A DNA stretch of 44,041 nt from a virus. Taxonomy: Duplodnaviria > Caudoviricetes. The translations under genes were made by a program, and so were the position numbers. Below the pieces are notes generated by a model. That model was given only the letters and a program-made list of their open reading frames with translations. It ran no database searches and was not told the DNA's origin. The DNA lies in the IMG/VR virus record IMGVR_UViG_3300020440_000001, positions 1 through 44,041 of that record. The stretch is one strand, 5' to 3'. This document shows positions 9,820 through 19,453 of the stretch, in pieces (within the stretch, counting starts at the first letter, position 1; each line of letters starts with the position of its first letter).

Positions 9820-10736
9820 GATTTCAGCTCCTCTGAGATCCGTCTCGGCAAGGTTTCAAGCAGTTCAATGATTTTCTGCGAACCATCTTGTCCGCCTGCA
9901 GCTGGCACCGCCTTGAACAACTCGGGTGCCTGCTCCGGTGTAAATATACTTTCCCCGGTTCTTTCCACCGCCTCTTCTGCCATCCTTGCAATTCTTTCTG
10001 GAGGCGGCGGCTGCTGCTGTTGCGGCTGTGGCTGTGCCGGTCTTTGAAAACCAGTACGTGGCAGCCGGGTGTCTGGGAAAGTTTGCGGAGAAATAGGCTG
10101 ACGCCCAGACGTGATTGGCGCGCGCTCTTGCGATGTACGAGCTGGGGGCGCTTCCACTTCAGCCTGTGGTTTTAGATCATCAGAAGCGCGAGGGGCCATG
10201 ATGCTTCCTTCGCGCTCTTCTTCAGTCATCCTCGGCAAATCAAAGACGGTGGGCTGTTCTCCAATAGGCTTGCCAGTAGCGGCGTTGTAGATGCCTGTGC
10301 CCAAATCTTTGAAGGCAGTGCCTATTGCGCCCGCTCCTTCAGCAACGCCTTTGACTGCATCCATGCCGAGCTTTGCAGCATGGCTAAAACTAAACTCAAA
10401 GAAGGGCTTAGCATCTATTTCCTGCTGAGCTTGTTCTTCTACAGATTGCTGGATAGCGTTGCGTTGATCGCGGACACGCGCAAGCATGTCCTCAGTTGAT
10501 TCACCCTGCCCCATGTTTGCGGCAAGCGTATCTATTCTCTTGTCTCTGGCCTCTATTTCAGCCTGTTCTTGAGCTTGACGCTGTGCAGCGCGTGCGAGAA
10601 TTGCTTCGAGATCTGCCTTCTGCTTGTCCTCAGGTGAAGACTCAGGCATAGATACGTCAGACGGATCTACATCTTTCAGTAGATCCATCTGACGTACAAC
10701 TTCTGCGTCATCCTGCGGTTCAGGTCGTTTTGCCAT
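9816..10736 (-). CDS. Hypothetical helical/disordered protein (306 aa), possibly a short tape-measure-like protein
   Basis: Coiled coil, amphipathic AVKGVAEGAGAIGTAFKDLGTGIYNA segment and Pro/Gln-rich linker. Follows the tube-like gene. Confidence 0.5.
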   Translation of the reverse strand: MAKRPEPQDDAEVVRQMDLLKDVDPSDVSMPESSPEDKQKADLEAILARAAQRQAQEQAEIEARDKRIDTLAANMGQGESTEDMLARVRDQRNAIQQSVEEQAQQEIDAKPFFEFSFSHAAKLGMDAVKGVAEGAGAIGTAFKDLGTGIYNAATGKPIGEQPTVFDLPRMTEEEREGSIMAPRASDDLKPQAEVEAPPARTSQERAPITSGRQPISPQTFPDTRLPRTGFQRPAQPQPQQQQPPPPERIARMAEEAVERTGESIFTPEQAPELFKAVPAAGGQDGSQKIIELLETLPRRISEELKS

Positions 10737-10752
10737 ACGCAGATCCTAACCT

Positions 10753-11238
10753 TTATGCTGAGATGTCGCCGCCTTGCAAGCCCTTGTCTGCAGCGAGCAT
10801 GGACTTCATTTGCAGTGCAACACCGACAACAGGCAATTTAGGGTCAAACTGGATCTGACACTGCGTAATAATGACAGGCATGTCTTGGAAGTCATGCTCG
10901 TTACTTGTGCCATAATTGCTGAACTTGAAGTCAAGACGAATATCAAGACTTGAACTAGTGCCGTCAATCTGCTGCGTCAAGTTTTGCAGCTGAACACCCT
11001 TGTCACCGAGCATTACGCCTTGCAGCGTAATGTCGTAGTAAGGCTTGTCGCCATGGTCGTACCGAACGGTAGTGTCACCACTGCCAGTGGTTTCCACAAC
11101 AGGCACGCTGCCGGTGAAAGTAGCCGATGTGACCTTGATAAAGAACTTAGCGCTGTCGCCAGAGCTAGAAGAAATAACCGCACCAGTAATACTTCCACTG
11201 GTGAGTGCGGTTCCGGGACGTGCTGGTGCGTATGCCAT
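10753..11238 (-). CDS. Tail-tube-like protein (161 aa)
   Basis: GGAG RBS. Size and alternating beta pattern (VVETTGSGD..RY..G...YDITLQG) resemble tail tube proteins. Confidence 0.45.
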   Translation of the reverse strand: MAYAPARPGTALTSGSITGAVISSSSGDSAKFFIKVTSATFTGSVPVVETTGSGDTTVRYDHGDKPYYDITLQGVMLGDKGVQLQNLTQQIDGTSSSLDIRLDFKFSNYGTSNEHDFQDMPVIITQCQIQFDPKLPVVGVALQMKSMLAADKGLQGGDISA

Positions 11239-11250
11239 TGGTTACTCCTA

Positions 11251-11487
11251 TCAGGTAGAAAGGGCAGTCCACGCGCTGTTGTTAGTACCACCGGCTTGGT
11301 GGTTGACATAAAGCATGGCGTTCCCCGCGCCGCCGTCAAGCCGCAAGTACAAGTAGGCGTCTACTTTGCTTGCGCCAGAGTCCGCAGGCACGCCGTTTCC
11401 GACAGCCAGCAGTGGCGCTACGAGGTCTCGTCCACCAGCAACGCTGGCAGATTCCAAAAGTTGTTGAACAATGTTATGTCCAGACAT
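11251..11487 (-). CDS. Small virion protein (78 aa)
   Basis: TAATG coupling. G.G.P.......LYLR.DGG....LYV...G....W motif seen in phage structural proteins. Confidence 0.65.
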   Translation of the reverse strand: MSGHNIVQQLLESASVAGGRDLVAPLLAVGNGVPADSGASKVDAYLYLRLDGGAGNAMLYVNHQAGGTNNSAWTALST

Positions 11488-12512
11488 TAGTATTGAACTC
11501 CATTTACGGTAACGCGGTTATCCTGAAGGTACCGGGACAAACGCGCGTCTGTAAACCCAGTGACTGTTCCAAACTCCGAAGGGTCCGCGTTGTACCCAAG
11601 AGTTTCTGATCGTGTGACCTGCCTGTCCATCTCAACACTGGCCGCAAGCCTACGCACATACGTTTCTGCATAGCCGTGTGGGGAGTTAGGGATGAAGAAC
11701 TGCTCAGCAATAGCCAAGCAAGAGGCAAGGATAGTTTCGCCGTGCAACGCGCCGCCCAAAGGAACGTTGTTGTCTGCAGTTAGGTTTGCAGGCTCATTGA
11801 TTTGCGTGTACTTCAGCCGGTAGGCTGCGTCTGGGATCGGGTACAAGTGCAAAACATGCCGCGTACCCTCTGTGGCACTTGTAGCGTTGAGTTGGGAGAT
11901 CGCTGCAACTCTTGGCTTATCGTCTCTGTCTTCGAGATATTGGAACATATCTCTAAGCTTGGCCTCTGACGTAATTTCGATGGTCAGGTCAGCCACGTTT
12001 GGGTCAGTGCCAAAATAAGTGTCATAGGTCAGCGGGCCGTCGATACCTGCAAACGCTGCAGGAAGCACATATGCACCGCTATAAAACACCTTGATAGTTC
12101 TTGAAGCGCCGTCCAGTCCAGTGCTTTCATTTATGGTGAATTGTGTAGCGCCGTCAATAGACGTAACTCGGCGCTTGACTGTGGTTGTGCCGTCTGAGAC
12201 TGTGATGTGTGAAATAGACACAACGTCTGTTGTGGACATGCCAGTGTTCAGCGAGCTGATACCAGTGCCGGATACTTGACCGGTGTGCTCAGAAGTAGGA
12301 GCGTAGGTGTCAATGCCTTCGACAGTACGCATGAACGACCAGCGGTGCGACACGCGCTCGCCCGGCAAAGGTTCTGGAGTATAGAACTGACGCAGGCCAC
12401 GCTTGACGCAGGCCACCACATCAACGTTGGCATCGCCAGTCGCATCGCGTCCGTAGCCGAGCGCTCGCCCAACTTCGTCATGCAGTTCGTCGTAGGTTAC
12501 TCCAATGCTCAT
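11487..12512 (-). CDS. Head-tail adaptor / tail tubular protein A-like (341 aa) with inserted beta domain
   Basis: N-terminal helix pair plus HRWSFM, Y.LP..F..IDG and LHLYPIPD..Y.L.Y motifs characteristic of podovirus-type adaptors. Confidence 0.65.
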   Translation of the reverse strand: MSIGVTYDELHDEVGRALGYGRDATGDANVDVVACVKRGLRQFYTPEPLPGERVSHRWSFMRTVEGIDTYAPTSEHTGQVSGTGISSLNTGMSTTDVVSISHITVSDGTTTVKRRVTSIDGATQFTINESTGLDGASRTIKVFYSGAYVLPAAFAGIDGPLTYDTYFGTDPNVADLTIEITSEAKLRDMFQYLEDRDDKPRVAAISQLNATSATEGTRHVLHLYPIPDAAYRLKYTQINEPANLTADNNVPLGGALHGETILASCLAIAEQFFIPNSPHGYAETYVRRLAASVEMDRQVTRSETLGYNADPSEFGTVTGFTDARLSRYLQDNRVTVNGVQY

Positions 12513-12835
12513 GGTGCAATGTAGACGTAAACGTCATAAGTCCCCGATGATCCGCCTGTGCCGCCGACATCTACCGTCAGCGTGCCTTGGACGGCAGTGC
12601 CACCCATATCGGTTTGCACAATTTGCTCCGTGCTGCCACTAGCCAACGCAGTTGGGGTGTAGTTGCCAACAATGTCAAGACCATTTGCATCTTTGATTGA
12701 CGCAAGAGTGAGGCTTGCACCACGGTTATTGTCGAGCAAAATCGAAACGACTGCCCCGAAATGCTCGTCAGATGTAGTGAAGGTTTGTGTGCTTGCAGGC
12801 ACAGATATTTTTACTGCATAAACTTCTGAACTCAT
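12509..12835 (-). CDS. Small beta-sandwich virion protein (108 aa)
   Basis: ATGA-coupled and beta-rich. Confidence 0.6.
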   Translation of the reverse strand: MSSEVYAVKISVPASTQTFTTSDEHFGAVVSILLDNNRGASLTLASIKDANGLDIVGNYTPTALASGSTEQIVQTDMGGTAVQGTLTVDVGGTGGSSGTYDVYVYIAP

Positions 12836-13662
12836 GATCTACCTACGCCCCAAGGCTGTGCCTTTTTGTATTTGTGATTATCTGTGTTAGCCAAAGTTTT
12901 CAAGCGGTCATGCTTAGCAAACTTGTAAGCCAAATAGCCCTCAACTGCTATTCTAGTGCTGTCTGGGATTGAATCACCCAGCATCACGACTGTTTCATAG
13001 TTCACAGTAGTCTGCGATTCGTTCGATGCTCCCGAATACGATCCAAGATGAACAGCGTCGTTTCCGGTGCTGGACAATTCTTCGGTAAACGAGTTGAGAG
13101 ATATCCCGTTGACTGTTGATGTCACGGTGTTACCTTTTCTGTGCAGTGTCCAAACAACACCGCCACCGTGAACGCCGCTGCTCCCATAAAATTCGTCGTA
13201 CCCATTTCCACTGTTCACACTCACAGTGCCGGAATCTTGTCCTATCGTTACCGTTCTCAAAAAAGTGCTGTAGTTAAATTGAAAAAGGCCGTAGCCAGAG
13301 GTAGGAGCATCCAAGTCAATTACAACAATGGTGTTTTCAAAATCGTTGACATTGGTGTCTTGGAACACGACCGCAAAAAGAAAATCTTGACCGTCAATAT
13401 CCATGAAGGCCAATCTGGTCATACCGCTGTCTGGCCCGAAAGCAACGCCTTTTAGTCCATTGATTAGCGCGGTTGAAATGGTGGGGTTTACGCTGCCGGA
13501 TTCAGCCAAATTTAGGTTATTGCCCGATTGGTCTTGCCATGTAGTTTGATCGTCACCAGTGTCACCGAGGCCGGTTTGGTTGTACCACGCATGCAAATTG
13601 GCATCGTCGCTGGGCGACCAAGCCTTAGAATAACTACAGGGCAAACAGGAGACTGCGACCAT
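12832..13662 (-). CDS. Concanavalin/LamG-like tail-fibre or head-fibre protein (~276 aa)
   Basis: WSPSD..NL.AW....W.DQSGN.....P......ING...V.F and VEGYLAYK motifs typical of this phage family. ATG at 13662 overlaps the upstream stop (TAATG). Confidence 0.65.
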   Translation of the reverse strand: MVAVSCLPCSYSKAWSPSDDANLHAWYNQTGLGDTGDDQTTWQDQSGNNLNLAESGSVNPTISTALINGLKGVAFGPDSGMTRLAFMDIDGQDFLFAVVFQDTNVNDFENTIVVIDLDAPTSGYGLFQFNYSTFLRTVTIGQDSGTVSVNSGNGYDEFYGSSGVHGGGVVWTLHRKGNTVTSTVNGISLNSFTEELSSTGNDAVHLGSYSGASNESQTTVNYETVVMLGDSIPDSTRIAVEGYLAYKFAKHDRLKTLANTDNHKYKKAQPWGVGRS

Positions 13663-13787
13663 TAGCGGACCTTGCTCATTACCCAATCAAACAGCGGGCG
13701 GCCAGTTACGGCTCCGACGACGTAGAAGAAGAAGAACGCTCCGGTGCTGGCGAAGAACGAGTCGATCCAAGCGGAAATAGAATCCAT
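13662..13787 (-). CDS. Small single-TM membrane peptide (41 aa, MDSISAWIDSFF...)
   Basis: 3' part of listed ORF 13662..14018. One hydrophobic helix; its stop is coupled to the next start. Confidence 0.5.
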   Translation of the reverse strand: MDSISAWIDSFFASTGAFFFFYVVGAVTGRPLFDWVMSKVR

Positions 13788-14191
13788 CTGTGTTTCCATA
13801 ATTTCCAGCCAGAACCAAGAACAGTTGCTGTCGCCACCACGCCGCTGGCTATCGCCGTGGGGAGAAGGATGTAGTCCGCGTAGCGCTCCACTATGAACGC
13901 CAGCAGAATCAGGGCTACCCCTGTAATCATCGGAACGGCCCCCTTGACCGGCAGGCCAATGAACCGTGTGACCGTCATCAAAATCAGGCCGCCCAGTATG
14001 GAAATCCCCCCGACCCAAACAAGTGGGTCGAGGGGAGTTGATAAAGGGGGAGGCATCAAAGCCTCCGGGGCTTTCGCCAAATTACTTAGCGGACTGGTCT
14101 TGCACGCTGCGAGACTCAAGAGCAGCAATGCGGATTTCGTGCTCCACACTGTGCTTAGCAAGCTTTTCAACTGTTCCATCAAGGCGCTCAA
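13706..14191 (-). CDS. Predicted lipoprotein with three TM helices (lysis-cassette membrane protein)
   Basis: Lipobox LLLLSLAA-C (Cys codon 14102-14104) followed by three hydrophobic segments. True start may be GTG 14149. Confidence 0.55.
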   Translation of the reverse strand: MSALMEQLKSLLSTVWSTKSALLLLSLAACKTSPLSNLAKAPEALMPPPLSTPLDPLVWVGGISILGGLILMTVTRFIGLPVKGAVPMITGVALILLAFIVERYADYILLPTAIASGVVATATVLGSGWKLWKHRWILFPLGSTRSSPAPERSSSSTSSEP

Positions 14192-14300
14192 TGCTCCTAG
14201 TTAAAGTTGCCATACTTGCTGAAAGTCGCGCAAACGCCCAAACAACCCCGCCAACCACAACAACAATGTTGCCTACTGCTAGCAGGATCTGCAAGTCCAT
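14082..14300 (-). CDS. Holin-like protein (72 aa; N-terminal TM plus coiled coil)
   Basis: TAATG coupling. One TM helix, then a heptad repeat ending HEIRIAALE. Confidence 0.55.
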   Translation of the reverse strand: MDLQILLAVGNIVVVVGGVVWAFARLSASMATLTRSIERLDGTVEKLAKHSVEHEIRIAALESRSVQDQSAK

Positions 14301-15067
14301 TACTTAGCAGTGCTTGAGCGTCCGAACACAGCCATCATGTAGTCAATGTACATTTCGGCTTGGGTTCCATTGGACTGAGCAACGAAAGTTGGGACCAGCA
14401 CAGAAGAGCTAGGCAAGTTGGATTCAACAGTGCCTTTCTTTTCTCCGTTGACCCAAAGGGTAGCAACGCCACTGCGGACAGAAATGCCAATGCGAGCAAA
14501 GTCGCTCACGCCAACACCGCTGTTTGCAGATGTATTCAGCTTCACAGCGGAAGACCCAGCAGCCTTTTTGGTGGTTCCGTCACAGGCAATCAGGGTGCCG
14601 TGGCCGGAATCACATTCAGCAGCAGTTGTGGTCAGACCGATGTACTGCACGTTGCTAACGATTGCATCTGAAGCAATCAAAGCGTCCGTGTTCTGAGCTG
14701 CCAGACCAACAAACATTTCGTCAGTGACGCTGTTTGTAGATCCGTCAGTCGAGAAGCGAACTCGTGCTTCAAACATATAATCGCCAGCTTCATCAGGCTC
14801 CAAGTGGCAGGTCAAGAATTGCAAGTTTGCACCTTGACCATCTGTCTGCGCACCGCCCGACAAAGCACCAATTCCAGCGTGCTGGAAGGAACCATCAGCG
14901 AGCAAAGCGAACGTGCCAGAGGTTGACTGCGTGACTACGAAATACTCAGTATCCGCAGCAGCAATGAACTGACTGTTGAAGTCCTCAAAATATTGCACTT
15001 GATTTCGTGGATCAGTGATTGGGAATGCAAAAGAACCCAATGCTCCACCATCGTATCGTACTGCCAT
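14300..15067 (-). CDS. Capsid decoration/minor virion protein (255 aa)
   Basis: Directly follows the major capsid gene. YFEDF motif and lectin-like beta-sandwich pattern. Confidence 0.6.
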   Translation of the reverse strand: MAVRYDGGALGSFAFPITDPRNQVQYFEDFNSQFIAAADTEYFVVTQSTSGTFALLADGSFQHAGIGALSGGAQTDGQGANLQFLTCHLEPDEAGDYMFEARVRFSTDGSTNSVTDEMFVGLAAQNTDALIASDAIVSNVQYIGLTTTAAECDSGHGTLIACDGTTKKAAGSSAVKLNTSANSGVGVSDFARIGISVRSGVATLWVNGEKKGTVESNLPSSSVLVPTFVAQSNGTQAEMYIDYMMAVFGRSSTAK

Positions 15068-15068
15068 G

Positions 15069-16133
15069 TTAGGACACCTTACTCAGCAAGAAGTTGCGGC
15101 GACGGTCAGTACACATGAAGTTGAGAGTGGAGTCCACGAACACCTGCATGGTGGTGTGCTGACCCGGAACTTGGGTCGGACCTTCTTCTCGCATGTACTC
15201 ACCAGAAAGGAACACGGGCTTGAGGACACCCCAGTTGATGCCGTACACGGGGTCGGTACCGTTGGTGGTGTCATCCTCAAGGTGTGGCACCCACATCACA
15301 GGTACTTGACGGAACATGAGTTGACCGTCTTTCGATGCAATGTCGTTGCCAAGGTTATCGTTCTGTGCTTCGAGGGCTTCCTCAAGGCGACCGATAACGT
15401 TGTAGTTGGTGTAGTAGCCATAGTTGCTGCCGGTGTTGTAGTCGGCAACTGGGACTGGTGGCTTGAAGTTGGTAAAGACAGATGCCTTACGCCACTTGCG
15501 GACAAGATCAGTCTTGTTGACTTGATCGTAGTCTGCAAAGTAGTTACGCCACGCAGAGTTGGCGGCCAAACTGGAGTCGATGCCAGCCGAGTCGGCAAAC
15601 TGCGAGCCGTCTTGGGCATATGGGTTCTTACCAGTAAAACCTTCGTCAGTGTTGGCACCCTTAGCAATGTGGTATGCGATACCGTATGGGTGGGTGGTGT
15701 CACTGGTTGACGGAGGGGCTTGCCAGAAGTTCTTTTCCATCAACTCTGCCAAGGAAATCATCGCATCAGTACGACGGATCTTGACAAGCTCGACGATGCG
15801 AGCTGGCGTTGCGTTGAATTGAACTTCACGACGCTCGAAAGCGTAGTTGGTGGTGCAGTGACGCCACGGAATGTTAGCCGTAGTCATCACGTCAGCAATG
15901 TTAACATTGTCACTCTCAAAGAGTCCAACGTTCTTGGCTGCACCGGATTGACTCAACATGATGTTGTACTGAATCGCGGTACCGGATTGATACTGAACCT
16001 TGTATTGGTCCAGCAACTTTCCAAGAGCGTGGTATTCTTGAAGCGTAGAGGCCAGTTCGGTGAACTTCAGCCGCCCCAAGTCCTTGAGGGTCACAGTAAT
16101 CAAATCAGCAATTTGATCGGCTTGTAGTGCCAT
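15069..16133 (-). CDS. Major capsid protein (354 aa, HK97 fold)
   Basis: Size, position after the scaffold gene, AAGGA RBS, and a typical podovirus-type MCP sequence pattern. Confidence 0.85.
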   Translation of the reverse strand: MALQADQIADLITVTLKDLGRLKFTELASTLQEYHALGKLLDQYKVQYQSGTAIQYNIMLSQSGAAKNVGLFESDNVNIADVMTTANIPWRHCTTNYAFERREVQFNATPARIVELVKIRRTDAMISLAELMEKNFWQAPPSTSDTTHPYGIAYHIAKGANTDEGFTGKNPYAQDGSQFADSAGIDSSLAANSAWRNYFADYDQVNKTDLVRKWRKASVFTNFKPPVPVADYNTGSNYGYYTNYNVIGRLEEALEAQNDNLGNDIASKDGQLMFRQVPVMWVPHLEDDTTNGTDPVYGINWGVLKPVFLSGEYMREEGPTQVPGQHTTMQVFVDSTLNFMCTDRRRNFLLSKVS

Positions 16134-16164
16134 TTGTGAATCCTTTTAGAAAAACCAGAGTCGC

Positions 16165-17076
16165 TTACTCTTCACCGCCGATACCGATGCCAGCCTCTTC
16201 CATATACTTCCGCACCGACAACCGAGCAGCCGCCTCCGGCGACTGTGGCTTGCCATGCTTCTGTGTAGGACGGCTAACAAACTTGCCTCGACGCTGGGCA
16301 ATTGTTGATTCAGTTGACGCATTTTTCGCTTCGACTACCTGCTCTGCAAAGAGAGAATTCAAGGCTCGATTAAACAAAGTCTTCTCGTCAGGCACCGCCT
16401 TATTTGAAGCTTCGTAACCACTAGCCAAGATGTTCATCTCTTCCAGAACCTGCACCCGACGCGCAAATTCGCCAGAATCACCAGCCAGAGATTCTGTCGA
16501 TCCGGTACCCAGCAGCGACTCGAAGCCGGGGCCTAAATCGGAGACAAAGGAGTCGAATTCCGATACGACTTCCTTCTCTGACTGGTTGTCAAGAAAGGTG
16601 TTGTACTGCCCAAGCTGGGCTTCCAAACCTTCAATACGCTCCCGATAGTGCGCGTCCATCTGCTCGATGACTGGCCGCATTTCGTCAGGAATGTTGTCAA
16701 GATCAAGAGACATCTCCTCTACTTCTTCAGGCTCGTTTTGTCGGCCTTCCAAAATGCGGAGAGTTCTTTCAAGTGATTCGACTGTGCCAAGTTCTTCGAT
16801 ATCAGAATCAGTCAAGCCAACTGCAGCTGCACGCTCAGCCAGTTCGTCAACCTCTGCATCGTCGATTTCCTCGACCTCATAGTATTCTTCTTCTTCGCCT
16901 TCTACGTCATCGTCGCAATCGCCGTCTGGGCAATCAGACTCGTCCTCCCCAATAAGTTCATCCGCCTTGTTGATAATGTACTCGTCAACACGCTCGGAGA
17001 GATCTTGCGAATCTTCGTCCATAACATCTTCAAACGATTCGACAGGTTCTTCAATTGGTTCTTGTTCTTGTGACAT
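16165..17076 (-). CDS. Capsid scaffolding protein (303 aa, very acidic)
   Basis: Acidic N-terminus, coiled coil, basic C-terminal segment. Immediately upstream of the MCP. Confidence 0.75.
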   Translation of the reverse strand: MSQEQEPIEEPVESFEDVMDEDSQDLSERVDEYIINKADELIGEDESDCPDGDCDDDVEGEEEEYYEVEEIDDAEVDELAERAAAVGLTDSDIEELGTVESLERTLRILEGRQNEPEEVEEMSLDLDNIPDEMRPVIEQMDAHYRERIEGLEAQLGQYNTFLDNQSEKEVVSEFDSFVSDLGPGFESLLGTGSTESLAGDSGEFARRVQVLEEMNILASGYEASNKAVPDEKTLFNRALNSLFAEQVVEAKNASTESTIAQRRGKFVSRPTQKHGKPQSPEAAARLSVRKYMEEAGIGIGGEE

Positions 17077-17098
17077 ATAGCCTCTCTAATTGTCGGAT

Positions 17099-17341
17099 TT
17101 ACCAAGTCTTGCAAGCCCAGTAGCCCGGGGTTGTTTTGTCTTTCTTTTGGTCGCAATTGTGCCGAGCACGGAAATTTTTGCGTCGGCCCGGGATGTTCTT
17201 TTTAATCTTCATGTTTGGATCGCCAAACCGGACGATCTTGACTTTGCCCCCGTCACGCACGTACACCTTGAACTTTTTAGGTCCACCGGGCGTACGCATA
17301 ATCTTGCCAATGGGCGGGTTCTTGGGCTTTTTCTCAGCCAT
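17099..17341 (-). CDS. Small basic phage protein (80 aa; FGDPNM...FRARH.C...YW.C..W family, DUF6321-like)
   Basis: Recognisable conserved motif. GGAGG RBS 8 nt before ATG 17341. Confidence 0.75.
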   Translation of the reverse strand: MAEKKPKNPPIGKIMRTPGGPKKFKVYVRDGGKVKIVRFGDPNMKIKKNIPGRRKNFRARHNCDQKKDKTTPGYWACKTW

Positions 17342-17696
17342 CTCCATAACCTCCGCTTCGGTCATGCAGGCCAAATGCTTTCAGATATTTAGCCCGGTGC
17401 CCCCTGCTGGTAAACAGTGGCCTTCCTGCGCCATCGTAATTAGTGGGCACTCCATTTTTTTCTGCGTGCCGCTTGTATTCGGGAATGTCGGACGGGTGGC
17501 AAGCCGCGCCTTCTGATGCAATAGGGTTGCGCCACAAATCGTTGACTGCCGAGTGGCCGCCCATCTCGACGTCAATGCGGCGCTTCAACGTTTCACCATC
17601 GGCAACAGGATTTTTGTCAAACTTCTCCATCTCGGAGATAGTCATAATCCGCTCGACAATGCTGCCGTCAGGTTTTTCGTAGCAATATGTTGGCAT
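17334..17696 (-). CDS. FmdB-like (MPTY.Y) protein downstream of portal (120 aa)
   Basis: MPTYCYE N-terminus, with the canonical zinc-ribbon cysteines absent. TAATG coupled. Confidence 0.65.
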   Translation of the reverse strand: MPTYCYEKPDGSIVERIMTISEMEKFDKNPVADGETLKRRIDVEMGGHSAVNDLWRNPIASEGAACHPSDIPEYKRHAEKNGVPTNYDGAGRPLFTSRGHRAKYLKAFGLHDRSGGYGDG

Positions 17697-19453
17697 TATC
17701 CAGTTGGCCTTTCTACCGCTGCAGCTTCAGATGGCTGCACGCCGGGTCCGTCTGACAGCAGCATACGCATCATTGCATCATCTTGGCCCCGAGGCGTTGC
17801 ACCGGGACGGTTTGTCCGCACGATTTCAGTCTGCTTTTGAGCTGGTGATTGCGCCTCAGCCTGCTGCTGTGGCTTCTCCACTCCGGTGAACATATCTGCA
17901 AGCTCAGGCAGTTGCGAGTATTTGGCAACCATCTGAATTAGCTTGGCACCATCAATAGACACACCTTGCTGCTGCATCGCAGGCAGCAGGGGTGCAATGA
18001 AGGTGTTCATAAGCTCGCGCATCGACTGCAGTTTTTCGCCGGGTGTCTGCGACAGGACGCTGTAAGGGTCGATGTCAAAGTTGAAATCAAAGAAGTCGGC
18101 CTCGATTTTGCCCCCTTGGAACACAAAGGGAACCTTGATATCTGTGCCCTCGACCGGCATCTCCAACTGCAGCTCAGAAAGATTGTCGTTGTAAATGAAG
18201 TGGCCCACCGCATTACAAACGCTGGCGGTAAAGTTCAATGCAGATTCCTGCATGTCCGACAGCCGCTGTGATGCGGACTCAGAAATCAACTTATCTTGTC
18301 CAACTGTGCCAGATTGCGGTCCAAGCCCGCCTAAGGCGTCAAGGTTGCCGCCGTAGTAGTTGAACAAGTTCTTGAGCTGCAGAATAAACGCAAGGTTCTG
18401 CTGGTCGATGCCACCAAACTTGTAGGTCTGAATGTTCTGCGGGTCATCCATACGGATAACTTCACCGTCAGCGCTGGTCTGTACGTTCTTTGCGTCCTGC
18501 TCTGCAGACCCACGGTAGCCAACAACATCTTTTTGGCGCTCAGCCTGCCGACCTAGCTTGCGGAATACGCGGTTGGCAAGGTCGTGCAAGTCAATCAGCG
18601 ATGCCACAGGTGGCAGTGGCATGGTGTTGCCGGGCACATCAGTAAAAGACAAGAAGTGATATGGCCCAGCCTCTGGACCATCCCACTCAATCTCTCTAAT
18701 TTTTCGCTCTGGCATTCCGTTTTCGCCAGCAGCAAAGGTGCAAATCTTGTTTTCTCTTGGTAGCCAAATCTCCCACAGCTCGGCCATATCAGAAGATTGC
18801 GCACCCGAGTAGACGTCTGACTGGCCAATAGCGGCAGCCCGCACGTCACCATCAGAGTTGTACATGGTCTTGCGAACCTCAGGGATGTCCTGCGGGTTGC
18901 GGTACAGATCTGACTCACGCAACGCTTCAATTGGCACTCGAAAACGGTGGCCCATGTACCCGCACTCAGTTAAGTCACGAGCGTTCATGTCGTGCACCCA
19001 ATCGTCTAGGTCCACAGTTTCTGCAAACGGCTGGCCGCCATCGTGCAAAAACCCTCGCATGGCTGCTTGTCTTGGCTCCGTAACCCCAACTTTGATAATG
19101 CCAATACTGAACAAAGCATCAATAACTGCAAGCCGGAGCGTCTTTGCAACCTGCATTTCGCCAAGCACATGGTTTAGAGCCAGCTCAAGCTTCGCAGCCT
19201 GCGGTGCAATAACTGCTGTGCGTCCTCTGACATTGACATGCGGCTTGTTTCCCACCAATTGACGGGAATAGGTGGAGATAAACAGCTCCAGCATGTTGAC
19301 CGGCACCCGATCACGGGAGCCACTGTCCGAATAGTTGCGACCAACAAACTCACGGATAGCCCGAACGCGCTTTTCGCGGTACGGCTGCAAGCGACGGCGG
19401 CTTGACTGTATAGACTTACGAAGTTTATCTATGTTATCTCCGTTATAGTTCAC
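17696..19453 (-). CDS. Portal protein (585 aa)
   Basis: Follows TerL (GTGA overlap). Size and motifs (IGIIKVG, ELWEIW, Gln-rich C-terminal barrel) are P22-like. Confidence 0.85.
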   Translation of the reverse strand: MNYNGDNIDKLRKSIQSSRRRLQPYREKRVRAIREFVGRNYSDSGSRDRVPVNMLELFISTYSRQLVGNKPHVNVRGRTAVIAPQAAKLELALNHVLGEMQVAKTLRLAVIDALFSIGIIKVGVTEPRQAAMRGFLHDGGQPFAETVDLDDWVHDMNARDLTECGYMGHRFRVPIEALRESDLYRNPQDIPEVRKTMYNSDGDVRAAAIGQSDVYSGAQSSDMAELWEIWLPRENKICTFAAGENGMPERKIREIEWDGPEAGPYHFLSFTDVPGNTMPLPPVASLIDLHDLANRVFRKLGRQAERQKDVVGYRGSAEQDAKNVQTSADGEVIRMDDPQNIQTYKFGGIDQQNLAFILQLKNLFNYYGGNLDALGGLGPQSGTVGQDKLISESASQRLSDMQESALNFTASVCNAVGHFIYNDNLSELQLEMPVEGTDIKVPFVFQGGKIEADFFDFNFDIDPYSVLSQTPGEKLQSMRELMNTFIAPLLPAMQQQGVSIDGAKLIQMVAKYSQLPELADMFTGVEKPQQQAEAQSPAQKQTEIVRTNRPGATPRGQDDAMMRMLLSDGPGVQPSEAAAVERPTG

